A stretch of DNA of 64,000 nucleotides, taken from Gemmatales bacterium (GTDB lineage: Bacteria > Planctomycetota > Planctomycetia > Gemmatales > HRBIN36). The translations under genes and the position numbers were made by a program. The notes under the pieces were generated by a model. That model made no database searches. It had not been told where the DNA came from and saw nothing but the letters and a program-made list of their open reading frames with translations. Shown here piece by piece: positions 32,245 to 42,476 of this stretch; position 1 is the stretch's first letter, and every line of letters begins with the position of its first letter. Location: positions 178,346-242,345 of the forward strand of contig JBEPZY010000007.1 in the NCBI GenBank assembly GCA_041640595.1, given 5' to 3'.

Positions 32245-33490
32245 GCTTCTTATGTGTTTCCAAAACGTAAGCATAAAACCGCATTAGCTTGACGGTGTAA
32301 TAAGAGCCCGAATAGTGATAGTGGGCATATTCACAAACGGCTTGTCTTATACGGTCAAGGGGATATTCGCAAGCTTCAATAATTGCATGGGCCAGAGCGA
32401 AAGGATCGCCGGGACGGACACGCCACCCTGTGATTCCCGGAATTATTGTCTCACTAAGCCCATCTATATCAGAGACGATCGCCGGGACCCCGTAGCTTGC
32501 TGCCTCAAGAGGAATCCGACCCAGTGGTTCTTCTAAAGATGGAACAATGACGACATCGAAACCTCGGTATAGCCAGCTCATGTCGGTTTGTTGAGGTAAA
32601 AAAGTTACCTTGCCCACGCTCAGCAGCTCACGCAATAGCTTATATGTCTTGTAGTCCGAGGTCGAATGCATACCATTGCGGATACCAACGATGCATACGT
32701 GAATCGGATGTTTCTTGACCATGGTTACAGCGCTTAGAAGCGTAGCTATACCTTTCTGGGGTGTAAATTGTCCAGCAAACAAAAACAATCTATCGCCAGG
32801 AGACACACTCAATGTGCGACACAGATCGCGCCGGTAAGCGTCTCTTCCATTCATGGTCTCATGCGACGGTATTCGTACCGGGTTATAGAGGGTAATTGAC
32901 AGGACATTCTGAGCGGCTGTGTGAGAGAGAAGGCATGCTCGCAGGTAGTTACTTACACAAATAATGCCTGTTGGCATTGGCCGCAGGTACCATTCAATGG
33001 TCTTTCGGGTAAAGCAATCGCGAAGATGGCATACGGAAGGGATGCCCGCCTTGTAAGCAGCAGCGGCAGTAATGGGGTTGACCCAGATCTGATTCGCGTG
33101 AATCAGCTGGATGTCATATTTCTCAACGATCCGGACTAGTTGTCGGGAGTTGAGTTTAACACTTAGTGTGCCATAACGATTAGTTGGCAGCAAATCACAT
33201 GGTAGCCAGCGTATCCCACTCTCCTTACACCAGGACGCCATGGGTGAGTATCGAGGGGTAGCGACAATGACATCAATTCCGAATCGTTGTAAGGATGACA
33301 CCGTGATTTGTAGTGACTTTTCGGCACCACTAATAAAGGGCGCTTCAGTCACGAATAAGATGCGTGTTGAGGGCGACAGCGACATGGGATCCCGAAGAGC
33401 GCACGTCTCATACCAAGGGAAAAACTCTTCATGGTCCGCAGGTGGGACAGTTATAGGGATAAGTGAGGTCGGTAAAGTCATGTGTATCAT
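32234..33490 (-). CDS. glycosyltransferase family 4
   Basis: ISGAEKS, HLRD, PQKG, PSLEEPLGRIPLEA. Confidence 0.88.
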   Translation of the reverse strand: MIHMTLPTSLIPITVPPADHEEFFPWYETCALRDPMSLSPSTRILFVTEAPFISGAEKSLQITVSSLQRFGIDVIVATPRYSPMASWCKESGIRWLPCDLLPTNRYGTLSVKLNSRQLVRIVEKYDIQLIHANQIWVNPITAAAAYKAGIPSVCHLRDCFTRKTIEWYLRPMPTGIICVSNYLRACLLSHTAAQNVLSITLYNPVRIPSHETMNGRDAYRRDLCRTLSVSPGDRLFLFAGQFTPQKGIATLLSAVTMVKKHPIHVCIVGIRNGMHSTSDYKTYKLLRELLSVGKVTFLPQQTDMSWLYRGFDVVIVPSLEEPLGRIPLEAASYGVPAIVSDIDGLSETIIPGITGWRVRPGDPFALAHAIIEACEYPLDRIRQAVCEYAHYHYSGSYYTVKLMRFYAYVLETHKKHGA

Positions 33491-33642
33491 GCGCTGAGAT
33501 GCAAAAATATAAACCGGAATGTGCTGGTCTTGATGTAATAATGCGTGGGTTCCTTGCGTGCTCTGGCGGTCCTAAGATAGCAGTAGGAAGATCGGTAGAC
33601 TTAGCATTGACTGAGGACTAATCTTCTAAGCGACTTTAGGAC

Positions 33643-34551
33643 TTAAGCAGCGGATTTTATGAGCCGGACAAGTTTATCTGGAATTAGGCAGCGTAGGAGG
33701 AGCTGCCAATTACGAAACTCCGAGGGATTACGTATTACCGCCTTGAGCAGATGCGGCAGCGCTCGTGATCTGGGTTCATGGTACGTAATGTAATCATAGA
33801 ATCCATTTGCGAATTGCCGCATAGAGGAGGCAATGGACCGGGCACTCAATCCGACGCGTTCCAGCAGTAACCTAGCTCTTTTTGCCACGAGAAGTTTTGC
33901 ACGACAGATATCCAGGCACATCTTGGAGATGTTTTTTGTCATCTGATCAGGGTGTCGTCGGTAATAGGTTAACCGCTGTGGAATATAGACAAATGGTCCC
34001 AATGCTGCTAGTCGCCACCACAATTCCCAGTCATCGGCACCCCAGAGATGGCTCTCTTCTCCTCGAACACGAAACCAGGCCTGGCGGCGGATCATCACGG
34101 TAGATGGAAAAATATAGTTACGTTGCCACAGTTCCCGCAACAAATCCACTCTCGTTCCTACCGGGTAGTGATAGGCCCGTTGCTGTGGAGGGATATAGGT
34201 GATTTGTGTGAAACAGAGAGGAGCGTGAGGGTATTTATCAAGGGCATCCTCTTGAATAGCAATCTTCTCAGAATGCCAAACATCGTCAGAATCTAACAAC
34301 GCAAAAAATTCACCACGGCATAGTTCTGCGGCAAGGTTACGTGCCGAAGGAAGGCCACGGTTTACTGTCCTATATATGCGTATTTCTAAATCTTTATAGC
34401 TTCTCGTCAGTGTAACCGGAACCCGTGAACCGTCATCAATGATGATTACTTCCCTTACCGGGCGAGTCTGAGCTGCTACGGATTCCAGTGCCTCATGTAG
34501 ATAAGCTTGGGTATTATACACAGGAATAATCACGCTTGTCCTAGGTGTCAT
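33643..34551 (-). CDS. glycosyltransferase family 2
   Basis: SVIIPVYN, IIDDGS, ARN, LDSDD. Confidence 0.92.
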   Translation of the reverse strand: MTPRTSVIIPVYNTQAYLHEALESVAAQTRPVREVIIIDDGSRVPVTLTRSYKDLEIRIYRTVNRGLPSARNLAAELCRGEFFALLDSDDVWHSEKIAIQEDALDKYPHAPLCFTQITYIPPQQRAYHYPVGTRVDLLRELWQRNYIFPSTVMIRRQAWFRVRGEESHLWGADDWELWWRLAALGPFVYIPQRLTYYRRHPDQMTKNISKMCLDICRAKLLVAKRARLLLERVGLSARSIASSMRQFANGFYDYITYHEPRSRALPHLLKAVIRNPSEFRNWQLLLRCLIPDKLVRLIKSAA

Positions 34552-34572
34552 GCTCTAATCTACTCATGTATT

Positions 34573-35829
34573 TTATCCAGAGAAAGCTGGCGAGCCTGCT
34601 TTCGAGGAAATGCACTGCCAGTGTGCAGATTCGTGGAAGACCCCAAATTCACGACTGAGCAGGGGATGTGATACTAAGATGTGCGGGCCCTTAACCGCGG
34701 TATAGAGTTTGTTGAAATCGTGATCCCAAATCAGCACATCCAGACGGTAACTATCAGCCACCCATCGCACTTGGGGAATGGTCAGGCTGACGTGGATATC
34801 GTCACCTTCCGTGGGAAGATAAAAATTGTCAAGGCGGGAACTATAAGCACAACATGGCAAACCGTCCTGGCGAATCACACTAATGACGACATTGGCTAGG
34901 GAAGGGGTTTCTCTGCAACGCAAGTGCACATTTATTGTGAGAGAGTTTCCGTAAGTGAAATAAGTCGTAGGTTTACCTGTCGCATCCTCTACTTGTATGT
35001 CCACGACGCGGAATGCTTCCAGGTGTTCACGGCTCGTAACTGGTAAGGCCCATTCCGGCGTACATAAATACGAGTGTTTTTCGTAGAGAGCCATACCAGT
35101 CGTTGGATCGCCATCGTAATAAAGGCGACCATGTCGAAAATACAAGACCCGACTGCATAATGCTTTGATGAAGAAAAGGTTATGGGAAACCAGAAGAATT
35201 GTCGCATTCCGTCGGCGTAGTGCGTCGAGGATGCGACTGCATTTCTGTTGAAAGCGAAGGTCTCCTACTGCTAATACTTCGTCGAGGACAACTATATCAC
35301 TGCTCAAATGGGCTGCTACTGAAAAACCTAAACGCATGTACATTCCGCTGGAATAAGTGCGGACTGGCCGATCAAAAGCTTCTCCTAACTCAGAAAATTC
35401 CCAAATGTCGTTGATACGGCGCTGGATTTCTCGTTTTCGCATGTGCAATAGGCTACCTGCTAAGTAAACATTCTCCCTTCCTGTTAGATCAGGATGAAAG
35501 CCTACACCTAACTCCAGTAAACTGGCTACCGATCCACCCAAGCGAATTACACCCTCACTAGGAGCTGTAACACGACTGATCAGCTTGAGCAGCGTGGACT
35601 TGCCTGCTCCATTGTGGCCTATTATGCCCACACACTCGCCGGAGCGAATAGACGCATTGACATTCCGCAGTGCCCATAATTTTTCTCTGCTCGGTGAGTC
35701 TTTCCTTCTAAATACCGGAAATGCTATTAACGATTTCAGCCAATGCCCGATCCGGTCGCGGAGAGAATCGTGTGATGTGTACTGGGGAATATAATACTTC
35801 CCTACATTCTCCAGGGTGATCATAGTCAT
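34573..35829 (-). CDS. wzt: polysaccharide ABC transporter ATP-binding protein with C-terminal Wzt_C domain
   Basis: GHNGAGKST, LELGVGFHPDLTGREN, YSSGMYMRLGFS, DEVLAVGD, plus a C-terminal extension. Confidence 0.9.
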   Translation of the reverse strand: MTMITLENVGKYYIPQYTSHDSLRDRIGHWLKSLIAFPVFRRKDSPSREKLWALRNVNASIRSGECVGIIGHNGAGKSTLLKLISRVTAPSEGVIRLGGSVASLLELGVGFHPDLTGRENVYLAGSLLHMRKREIQRRINDIWEFSELGEAFDRPVRTYSSGMYMRLGFSVAAHLSSDIVVLDEVLAVGDLRFQQKCSRILDALRRRNATILLVSHNLFFIKALCSRVLYFRHGRLYYDGDPTTGMALYEKHSYLCTPEWALPVTSREHLEAFRVVDIQVEDATGKPTTYFTYGNSLTINVHLRCRETPSLANVVISVIRQDGLPCCAYSSRLDNFYLPTEGDDIHVSLTIPQVRWVADSYRLDVLIWDHDFNKLYTAVKGPHILVSHPLLSREFGVFHESAHWQCISSKAGSPAFSG

Positions 35830-35880
35830 AGAAGCCTCACATCAGCTGTAAAAGGCACGGTTATTCATTGACCTAGCTCA

Positions 35881-36939
35881 CTAACGCAAAGCCAAGAAAG
35901 TTAGCCTACGTATGACCCGTTTAAGGAAAATCTTCCAACCAGCCCATCCGGTATGTGATAAAAGGCGCCGGAGCGAAGGGGAAATCCCCCCTAATCCATG
36001 CTGTAGCATGGGATAGCGACCAGTTGCGAGGAGTAGGTGCTGATGTTGCCATTCTTCGGGTTTGTGTTTGTTGCGCCGGAATGAAAAGAAGCGGTCAACG
36101 GTCAACGTACTACCATTACCTTGTATTCGGGGCAATTGGGAAGGTAGGGAGAAGGCAACCTGCACAAGGGTACTGGCAATAGTGTGGGCTCCGGCTGGTA
36201 TATCAGATTCTAAATAAACTTTAGCTAAGTGCACTGGCTCCCGATAGCGCACTTTTAAATAGCTGGTTTGCATGTTAGAGCCATGCAGGCGGTAGAAGGC
36301 GGTTGGCCAGGGGACGTAAACCACCGGTCCGTACCGGCTAAGTCGCAACCACATTTCAAGATCGCCAGCGCTGGGATGATTGTAGCGGTATCCACCTGCT
36401 CGGCGTTGGATGTTAGTGCGTATCAGTGTCGCAGGAGTTGGAACTGGATTAAACCAAAGGGAACTAAGACGACGGCGAAAGTCAGGACCGGGAACTAGCA
36501 CAGGACGATCTTGCAGGAAAGGTTCCATTCCGATCATACCTATAGTTTTAGAAGCCGAATATGGATCACTTCCAGCCAGTGCAGGGCTAAATGAGAAAGC
36601 AGCATCCTTATAGGACTCTAAGGCCTGCAATAAACTCTCCAATCCACCGGGCAGAAGTTGATCGTCCGGTGACAGAAGCATATAGTATGGTGCTTGAACC
36701 CAGCGAATGCCTTCGTTGTATGTGAAGATGTGTCCACGATTGAATCTATAAGCTCGCGTTTCAAGGGTTACATGAGGCGGTAAAGTTATGGTGCTATTGA
36801 GCGAGCGTTTTACTAACGAACCGTCATCCAGCACAAGTACACGGATAGCGACGTCCTGCTGCACGATGCTAGCAAGGCAAGCATCTAAGAAATGACCATA
36901 ATTATAGTTGGGAACAATTATATCTACTTGTGGAGGCAT
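35881..36939 (-). CDS. glycosyltransferase family 2
   Basis: IIVPNYNYG, LDDGS, LSPDD, GDLEMWLR. Confidence 0.88.
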   Translation of the reverse strand: MPPQVDIIVPNYNYGHFLDACLASIVQQDVAIRVLVLDDGSLVKRSLNSTITLPPHVTLETRAYRFNRGHIFTYNEGIRWVQAPYYMLLSPDDQLLPGGLESLLQALESYKDAAFSFSPALAGSDPYSASKTIGMIGMEPFLQDRPVLVPGPDFRRRLSSLWFNPVPTPATLIRTNIQRRAGGYRYNHPSAGDLEMWLRLSRYGPVVYVPWPTAFYRLHGSNMQTSYLKVRYREPVHLAKVYLESDIPAGAHTIASTLVQVAFSLPSQLPRIQGNGSTLTVDRFFSFRRNKHKPEEWQHQHLLLATGRYPMLQHGLGGISPSLRRLLSHTGWAGWKIFLKRVIRRLTFLALR

Positions 36940-37616
36940 ATGGGTGTTAATGCGATGTTAGAGGAGTGTGATTCCACGTACCTGATGATGCGAGCGGGAT
37001 TGCCTGCGACCACGGCTCCTGGCGGCACATCTTTAGTCACTACGGCGCCCATGCCAATGAGGGCGCGTGGTCCAATCTTAATGCCTGGCCGAATGCGACT
37101 ACCAGCTCCCACATAAACATGAGAGCCGATCTCGACATGCCCGCAGATGATTGCCCCAGGAGCAATCACTGACCAGGAACCGATGCTACTATCATGGCCT
37201 ATATGGGATAATGGGCTTGTATATACTCCGATCCCTATTCTTACATTGTCGCCGATGAAGCAGCCATACTGAATGACAACACCATCTGAGATATGGGCAT
37301 GATTCGAGACTTGAGCTAAGGGGTGTACAAGTGTAGCAAGGTCAGGTAAGGTGAGGCCTGTTGTGCAAAATAATTCCTCGCGAATTAGATAAGTTCTTTC
37401 GCTTCCAATCGCCATAACGAATCTGCAACCTTGCCATCGAGTCGCATCGCTCAGTGTACCGAGCCACGGCAAATGTCGCAAACAGCCACGTTGTGGCCCT
37501 GAATCATCGAGGTAGCCGAGAATCTGCCAGTACTCAGCTCTAGACTTTAGTGCCTCAACAAGGGAGATCACGTCGCTAGCGTTACCGCAATTACCTATCA
37601 GAATCAGTTCGTGCAT
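36924..37616 (-). CDS. NeuD/PglD-family sugar N/O-acetyltransferase
   Basis: Rossmann-like N-terminus (LILIG...GYLDD...AIG), TLVHP, IGHD, hexapeptide repeats. Confidence 0.88.
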   Translation of the reverse strand: MHELILIGNCGNASDVISLVEALKSRAEYWQILGYLDDSGPQRGCLRHLPWLGTLSDATRWQGCRFVMAIGSERTYLIREELFCTTGLTLPDLATLVHPLAQVSNHAHISDGVVIQYGCFIGDNVRIGIGVYTSPLSHIGHDSSIGSWSVIAPGAIICGHVEIGSHVYVGAGSRIRPGIKIGPRALIGMGAVVTKDVPPGAVVAGNPARIIRYVESHSSNIALTPICLHK

Positions 37617-38773
37617 GGTAGCTCCGCTCCGCAGAGACTGGATTGAATAACCCTTATTACTCTCGCTTGTTGGCTGGGTCTCATAGCTGGGTAAAGGGGC
37701 AGCAATATGGTATTTCGGTTAGCGCGCTCTGATCTGGTCAAGTCGGTTGTTGCACCTGTGATATACCGCGCTACCTTGTGTACGTTCATAATGCCGGGTC
37801 TTGCTTCTATGCCATGCTTTGCAAGAGTGCTCAGGAGTTCATCTCGACTGACTCTTGCGTCGGGTTCAATACGCAGAGGATAACTTTGATAGTTAGGCCG
37901 GCAGTTAGGGTGGGGTTCTAATATGCGGCAACCTGGCAGGGTTTTGAATGCGTGATCGTAAATGCTAGCCAGGAGTCGTCGTTTTCTCACCAGTGCAGGT
38001 AGCCTTTGTAACTGGCAACGCAGGATCGCGGCTGCGACGTCGCTGAGACGGTAGTTGTATCCTAATTCTTCAACCATTGGAATGTAATGATTGCTGAACC
38101 GGTTGTGAGAACTGACAACCTGTGTAATTCCATGCTGGCGAAGCCGACGGATGCGCTCTAATAATTGCACATCGTGACTAGTAACCATGCCACCCTCTCC
38201 GCTGGTGATGACTTTTCTAGGATGAAAGGAGAAGCAGGCTATTAGTCCGTGAGGTTTACCAATCTTCGTCCAGGTACCTCTCCAGAAATACTCGGTGCCC
38301 AGAGCACATGCTGCATCTTCGACGACGGGCAACTTATACTTTTCTGCTGTTGCCAGGACTTTTTCTAGATTAGGAGTGAAACCCATTTGATGGACAAGCA
38401 AGATACACGACGTGCGCGGGGTGATTAAGCTTTCTAACAAGGCAGGGTCAAGGCAGTAAGTTGCCTCATCAATGTCTATAAACCGTGGTGTTGCCCCGCA
38501 ATAGAGTATAGCATGAACCGTAGCGATAAAAGTATGGCTGGGTACAATTACTTCCTGACCTGGTCCAATTTCCAGTGCTCGCAAGGCCAAGTGAAGAGCT
38601 GTGGTGGCACTCGAAACTGCACACGCACCGGGTGCGCCAACGAACTGCGCAAATTCATGTTCTAAAGCTTCAACTTCCGGGCCCTGGGTAAGCCAGCCGG
38701 ATTTCAAGACACGACGGACAGCGTGGTACTCTGAAAGCCCCAGGGTTGGCCGAGTGAGAGGAATGCTATCCAT
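37604..38773 (-). CDS. DegT/DnrJ/EryC1/StrS PLP-dependent sugar aminotransferase
   Basis: SGWLTQGP, SSATTALHL, EDAACA, FSFHPRKVITSGEGG, GYNYR. Confidence 0.92.
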   Translation of the reverse strand: MDSIPLTRPTLGLSEYHAVRRVLKSGWLTQGPEVEALEHEFAQFVGAPGACAVSSATTALHLALRALEIGPGQEVIVPSHTFIATVHAILYCGATPRFIDIDEATYCLDPALLESLITPRTSCILLVHQMGFTPNLEKVLATAEKYKLPVVEDAACALGTEYFWRGTWTKIGKPHGLIACFSFHPRKVITSGEGGMVTSHDVQLLERIRRLRQHGITQVVSSHNRFSNHYIPMVEELGYNYRLSDVAAAILRCQLQRLPALVRKRRLLASIYDHAFKTLPGCRILEPHPNCRPNYQSYPLRIEPDARVSRDELLSTLAKHGIEARPGIMNVHKVARYITGATTDLTRSERANRNTILLPLYPAMRPSQQARVIRVIQSSLCGAELPCTN

Positions 38774-38787
38774 GGTGTATTCTACCT

Positions 38788-39786
38788 CTAATTGCATGGT
38801 TGTAATTGGATTGTCATAGGCTGCTGTTTGCAGGAACGGTACCATTCAACTAATTGCTTCAGTCCAGTTTCGAGATTCACGGTAGGCTGATAACCAAGTT
38901 CATTCCGGATTTTCCGGAGGCACGCCCATCGCCTGTGCACCGATGGCAACGATGACGGCTGATGGCGTGGGGATATGCTGTTCTTGCCAGCAGCCTTTAT
39001 TAGTAACGACGCCAGCTCGTTTAAACTTGTTTCCCTGCCGGAAGCCACGTTATAAATACCCCATGATATATCGCTGGCAGCCGCGAGAATGTTAGCCTGG
39101 ATTACATCATTAACGTGCACGAAGTCATAACTGGCTGAGCCATCTCCGTAGATAACAGGTGACCTCTCTTCGGAAAGAGCTTCCAGCCAGCGAATCATTA
39201 CTTCTGTGTATTTTCCTTCACGGTCCATTCTGGGGCCGTAAACATTGAAAAACCGCAGACAGATGGCTGAAAACTGCCCCTTCTCATAGAACCAGCGCGC
39301 AAGTCCTTCCCCATATAATTTCGCCCAGCCATAAAGTGTGCTGTTATTGTAAGGCGGACATGATTCCGATGTGGGGAACTCGGTAGCTTGACCATATACC
39401 GATGCGGATGACGCGAATATAACTTTCTTTACTTTCGCAATTGAGGCCGCTTCAAACACGTTGTAGGTCCCGTTAATCATAACCTCGATAGCCTGGCAAG
39501 GCTCGGACTCACACCGATGAATCCGCCAGGCCGCAAAGTGGAAGACGAAGTCGCATTTATTCGTAAGTGTGCGGACTAATTCACGGTCGCGAACATCACC
39601 GCGGACTAGTTGTACATTTGGGTGGGATAGAATAGCATGTATATTATCCAATCGGCCTCTGGAGAAATCGTCCAGGATGCGAATCTCCTTTGCCTTTTCA
39701 AGTAGCAGACGTTCAGCTAAGTGCGAACCGATAAATCCGGCCCCACCGGTGATCAATACAGTGCTACCCGCTATCGGCTCAGTCAT
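38788..39786 (-). CDS. NAD-dependent epimerase/dehydratase
   Basis: GGAGFIG, ASSASVYG, YGWAK (YxxxK), RFFNVYGP. Confidence 0.93.
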   Translation of the reverse strand: MTEPIAGSTVLITGGAGFIGSHLAERLLLEKAKEIRILDDFSRGRLDNIHAILSHPNVQLVRGDVRDRELVRTLTNKCDFVFHFAAWRIHRCESEPCQAIEVMINGTYNVFEAASIAKVKKVIFASSASVYGQATEFPTSESCPPYNNSTLYGWAKLYGEGLARWFYEKGQFSAICLRFFNVYGPRMDREGKYTEVMIRWLEALSEERSPVIYGDGSASYDFVHVNDVIQANILAAASDISWGIYNVASGRETSLNELASLLIKAAGKNSISPRHQPSSLPSVHRRWACLRKIRNELGYQPTVNLETGLKQLVEWYRSCKQQPMTIQLQPCN

Positions 39787-40916
39787 AAATCCCCCCCAAA
39801 AAACCCGTGCACAGCTTTTATCACTTCCAATTGCTGTCGTTCGGTCATCTCCGGGAACAGTGGAAGGGATAGTGTCTCTCGGGCGATGCGTTCGGCAATC
39901 GGGAAATCCCCAGGTTTATAGCCAAGATGTCGGAAGGCAGGTTGCAGATGAAGGGGTAAGGGGTAATGCTGTCCGGCAGCAATTCCTCGATGATTTAGCC
40001 ATAGTGCCAGCTCAGCTCGGCGTGGGGTTCTGACTGTGTAAAGGTGCCAGACGTGGCTTTCATCGCAAACTAAGGGCGGAAGCCACAGGGGAAGATTGCG
40101 CAATGCCTGGTGATAACGGTGAACCAGTTGCTTGCGGCAGAGGTTCCAATAATCAAGGTACCTTAATTTTGTGCAAAGAACCGCGGCCATTAGCGTTGGT
40201 AGGCGATAGTTGTAACCAAGCTGATAGTGATAATAGCGTCGGGTTTGCCCATGATCACGGATGCGCCGGCATCGCGCCGCTATCTCTGCATCGTTAGTAA
40301 TAACAGCGCCGCCTTCCCCACAAGTTCCCAAATTTTTGCCAGGATAGAAACTAAAGCAGCCGACATGACCAAATGTCCCAACATGCTTGCCACGGAAGCG
40401 AGCCCCGTGAGCCTGACAACAATCTTCAATAAGCAGGAGGTTATGTTTTTTAGCCACATCTATTATTGCATCAATGGCAGCCACCCGGCCATACAAGTGA
40501 ACGAGGACAATAGCTTTTGTTCTCGGTGTAATGAGTGGCTCAATTTTCTCCGGGTCTATACATGCGGAATTCCATTCAACTTCCGCGAAGATTGGCGTCG
40601 CACCCACATAGGTAATGGGCCAGGCACTAGCTATAAACGACATTGCAGGGACGATCACTTCGTCGCCTAGGCCGACGCCACATGCTAGCAGTGCCAGATG
40701 TAATGCTGAGGTGCCCGAAGACGAAGTTATACAGTAGCGCGCACCTGTGTATTGAGAAAAAGCCTCCTCGAATTCTTCCATCTCTTGTCCAAAAACATAC
40801 CTTCCTTTTGCAAGGACCCCAAGCACGATGCGGTCTAAATCATCGTTGAGTGATTGATATTGGGCTACAACATCTACGAGAGGCAAAAGTGCCAGTGGGT
40901 GAGATACTAGGTTCAT
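39783..40916 (-). CDS. DegT-family aminotransferase (WbpE/FdtB-like)
   Basis: SGTSALHL, VHLYG, EDCCQAHGA, FSFYPGKNLG..GEGG, LSLPLFP. Confidence 0.92.
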   Translation of the reverse strand: MNLVSHPLALLPLVDVVAQYQSLNDDLDRIVLGVLAKGRYVFGQEMEEFEEAFSQYTGARYCITSSSGTSALHLALLACGVGLGDEVIVPAMSFIASAWPITYVGATPIFAEVEWNSACIDPEKIEPLITPRTKAIVLVHLYGRVAAIDAIIDVAKKHNLLLIEDCCQAHGARFRGKHVGTFGHVGCFSFYPGKNLGTCGEGGAVITNDAEIAARCRRIRDHGQTRRYYHYQLGYNYRLPTLMAAVLCTKLRYLDYWNLCRKQLVHRYHQALRNLPLWLPPLVCDESHVWHLYTVRTPRRAELALWLNHRGIAAGQHYPLPLHLQPAFRHLGYKPGDFPIAERIARETLSLPLFPEMTERQQLEVIKAVHGFFGGDL

Positions 40917-41482
40917 GCGTGGTTACCTTCTACCTCACTCTGTAGTTCATGGCTGGAAATAAGACCGTGGAATCTGGCCGGAACACCTGTTACGACGGTA
41001 TAGGGAGGAACATCCTTAGTAACCACGGCACCCGCTCCAATCATGGCTTTTTCGCCTATTTTTATGCCAGCAAGAATAATGGCGCCGCTGCCAATAGTGG
41101 CGCCTCGGCCAACATAGGTTTTTAGAAGTTGCCAGTCACCAGGTCCCTGTAGTCGCCCATCTATAGTGGCCCTCGGCCAGCGATCGTTGATGAACATGAC
41201 GCCGTGCCCAATGAAAACCTCATCGTCTATAGTCACACCTTCGCAAATGAAAGAATGACTCTGAATTTTACACAATCTGCCGATCCGCACATTCTTCTGT
41301 ATCTCCACGAAGGGACCGATGCGAGTGCCATCGCCTATAATGCAACCGTAAAGGTTAGCAAATCCATAGATGACCACGTCCTTACCTATTACAACATCGT
41401 CAGCGATGCATACCGGTTTGTGTGGCACGGTGAGTTCAGAAAGTGTTGACCGGCTGGAGATAATTGGGTGATTGTTGTCCAT
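40913..41482 (-). CDS. sugar N-acetyltransferase (WbpD/WlbB-like)
   Basis: [39 protein letters not shown]. Confidence 0.88.
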   Translation of the reverse strand: MDNNHPIISSRSTLSELTVPHKPVCIADDVVIGKDVVIYGFANLYGCIIGDGTRIGPFVEIQKNVRIGRLCKIQSHSFICEGVTIDDEVFIGHGVMFINDRWPRATIDGRLQGPGDWQLLKTYVGRGATIGSGAIILAGIKIGEKAMIGAGAVVTKDVPPYTVVTGVPARFHGLISSHELQSEVEGNHA

Positions 41483-42476
41483 GGCGCTGTCCGATAGCGA
41501 GCAAGGCTGCACGTTCGGCTTCCTCTAATATGCGAATGACTTCGAGCGCGAACCAGGCATCGCTAATAGGCTTGGCTCGCCCTTGAATACATTCGAAATA
41601 ATGTTTCACAAGGTTCCGAAGAGGTTCCGAGGTCGGCAGGGATGGAGTTATAACAGTGTAGTCGCATGGTGGGATTTCCGGTATCACTGAAGATGATTCT
41701 GATAATGGTTTCCAAACGTATAAGCGAACAGGAGACTGAGCGTTTAGGTCATTGTAGTGAGCAGCTGCGAGCGAGCCAATCAAGGTTAGAGACCGCACTT
41801 TTTCTGGCCAGAACCAGCTTACTTGGATAGCCGCGGAAACGCCCTGTTCAAAATCCAATCGAACAATGGCATAATCTGCCTGACCACCTGGGTGGCGGCT
41901 TGCTTGGTGTGCCGCGATGAAAGTCGGCCGGTCCTCGAGCAAGTAGAGTAATATGGCCACGTCGTGTACTGCTAGATCCCATAGTACACTGCAATCATGA
42001 CGAACTGCTCCCAGATTAAGCCGCCAGCTATTTATGTAATGAAGTTGACCTATGCTGCCTTGCTGAATGCATCGCCGTAGAAAGCGTATCGGCTCAGCGA
42101 AAAGATAGGTATGCCCGACAAGTAGAGGCAGTCCCCGTTGTTCGGCGAGAATTGCTAGCTCTTCTGCTTGCTGACTGGTAGAAGTGAACGGCTTTTCCAC
42201 CAACACGGGCAGGCCTATTTCCAGGGCACTTTTTACCAGCGAGTAGTGACTAGAAGCCGGTGTTGCAATAATGACTCCGTCTAGTGAGCAGGACAAAAAC
42301 TCCTTGGCTTCTGTATAGACCCTGGCCTCAGGACACTGACGATGCCAGTAAGCTAAGCGGTGACTATCTATGTCATATATCGCTACAAGTGATGACTCGT
42401 CCGACTCATTGACCAAGCGAAAATAGTGTTTACCCCAGTAGCCTAAGCCAGCTAAACCAATTCTAAGCGTGGACAT
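41436..42476 (-). CDS. Gfo/Idh/MocA oxidoreductase (WbpB-like)
   Basis: GLGYWG, IATP..SH, LVEKP, GHTYLF, DLAVHD; start chosen at ATG 42476. Confidence 0.9.
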   Translation of the reverse strand: MSTLRIGLAGLGYWGKHYFRLVNESDESSLVAIYDIDSHRLAYWHRQCPEARVYTEAKEFLSCSLDGVIIATPASSHYSLVKSALEIGLPVLVEKPFTSTSQQAEELAILAEQRGLPLLVGHTYLFAEPIRFLRRCIQQGSIGQLHYINSWRLNLGAVRHDCSVLWDLAVHDVAILLYLLEDRPTFIAAHQASRHPGGQADYAIVRLDFEQGVSAAIQVSWFWPEKVRSLTLIGSLAAAHYNDLNAQSPVRLYVWKPLSESSSVIPEIPPCDYTVITPSLPTSEPLRNLVKHYFECIQGRAKPISDAWFALEVIRILEEAERAALLAIGQRHGQQSPNYLQPVNTF

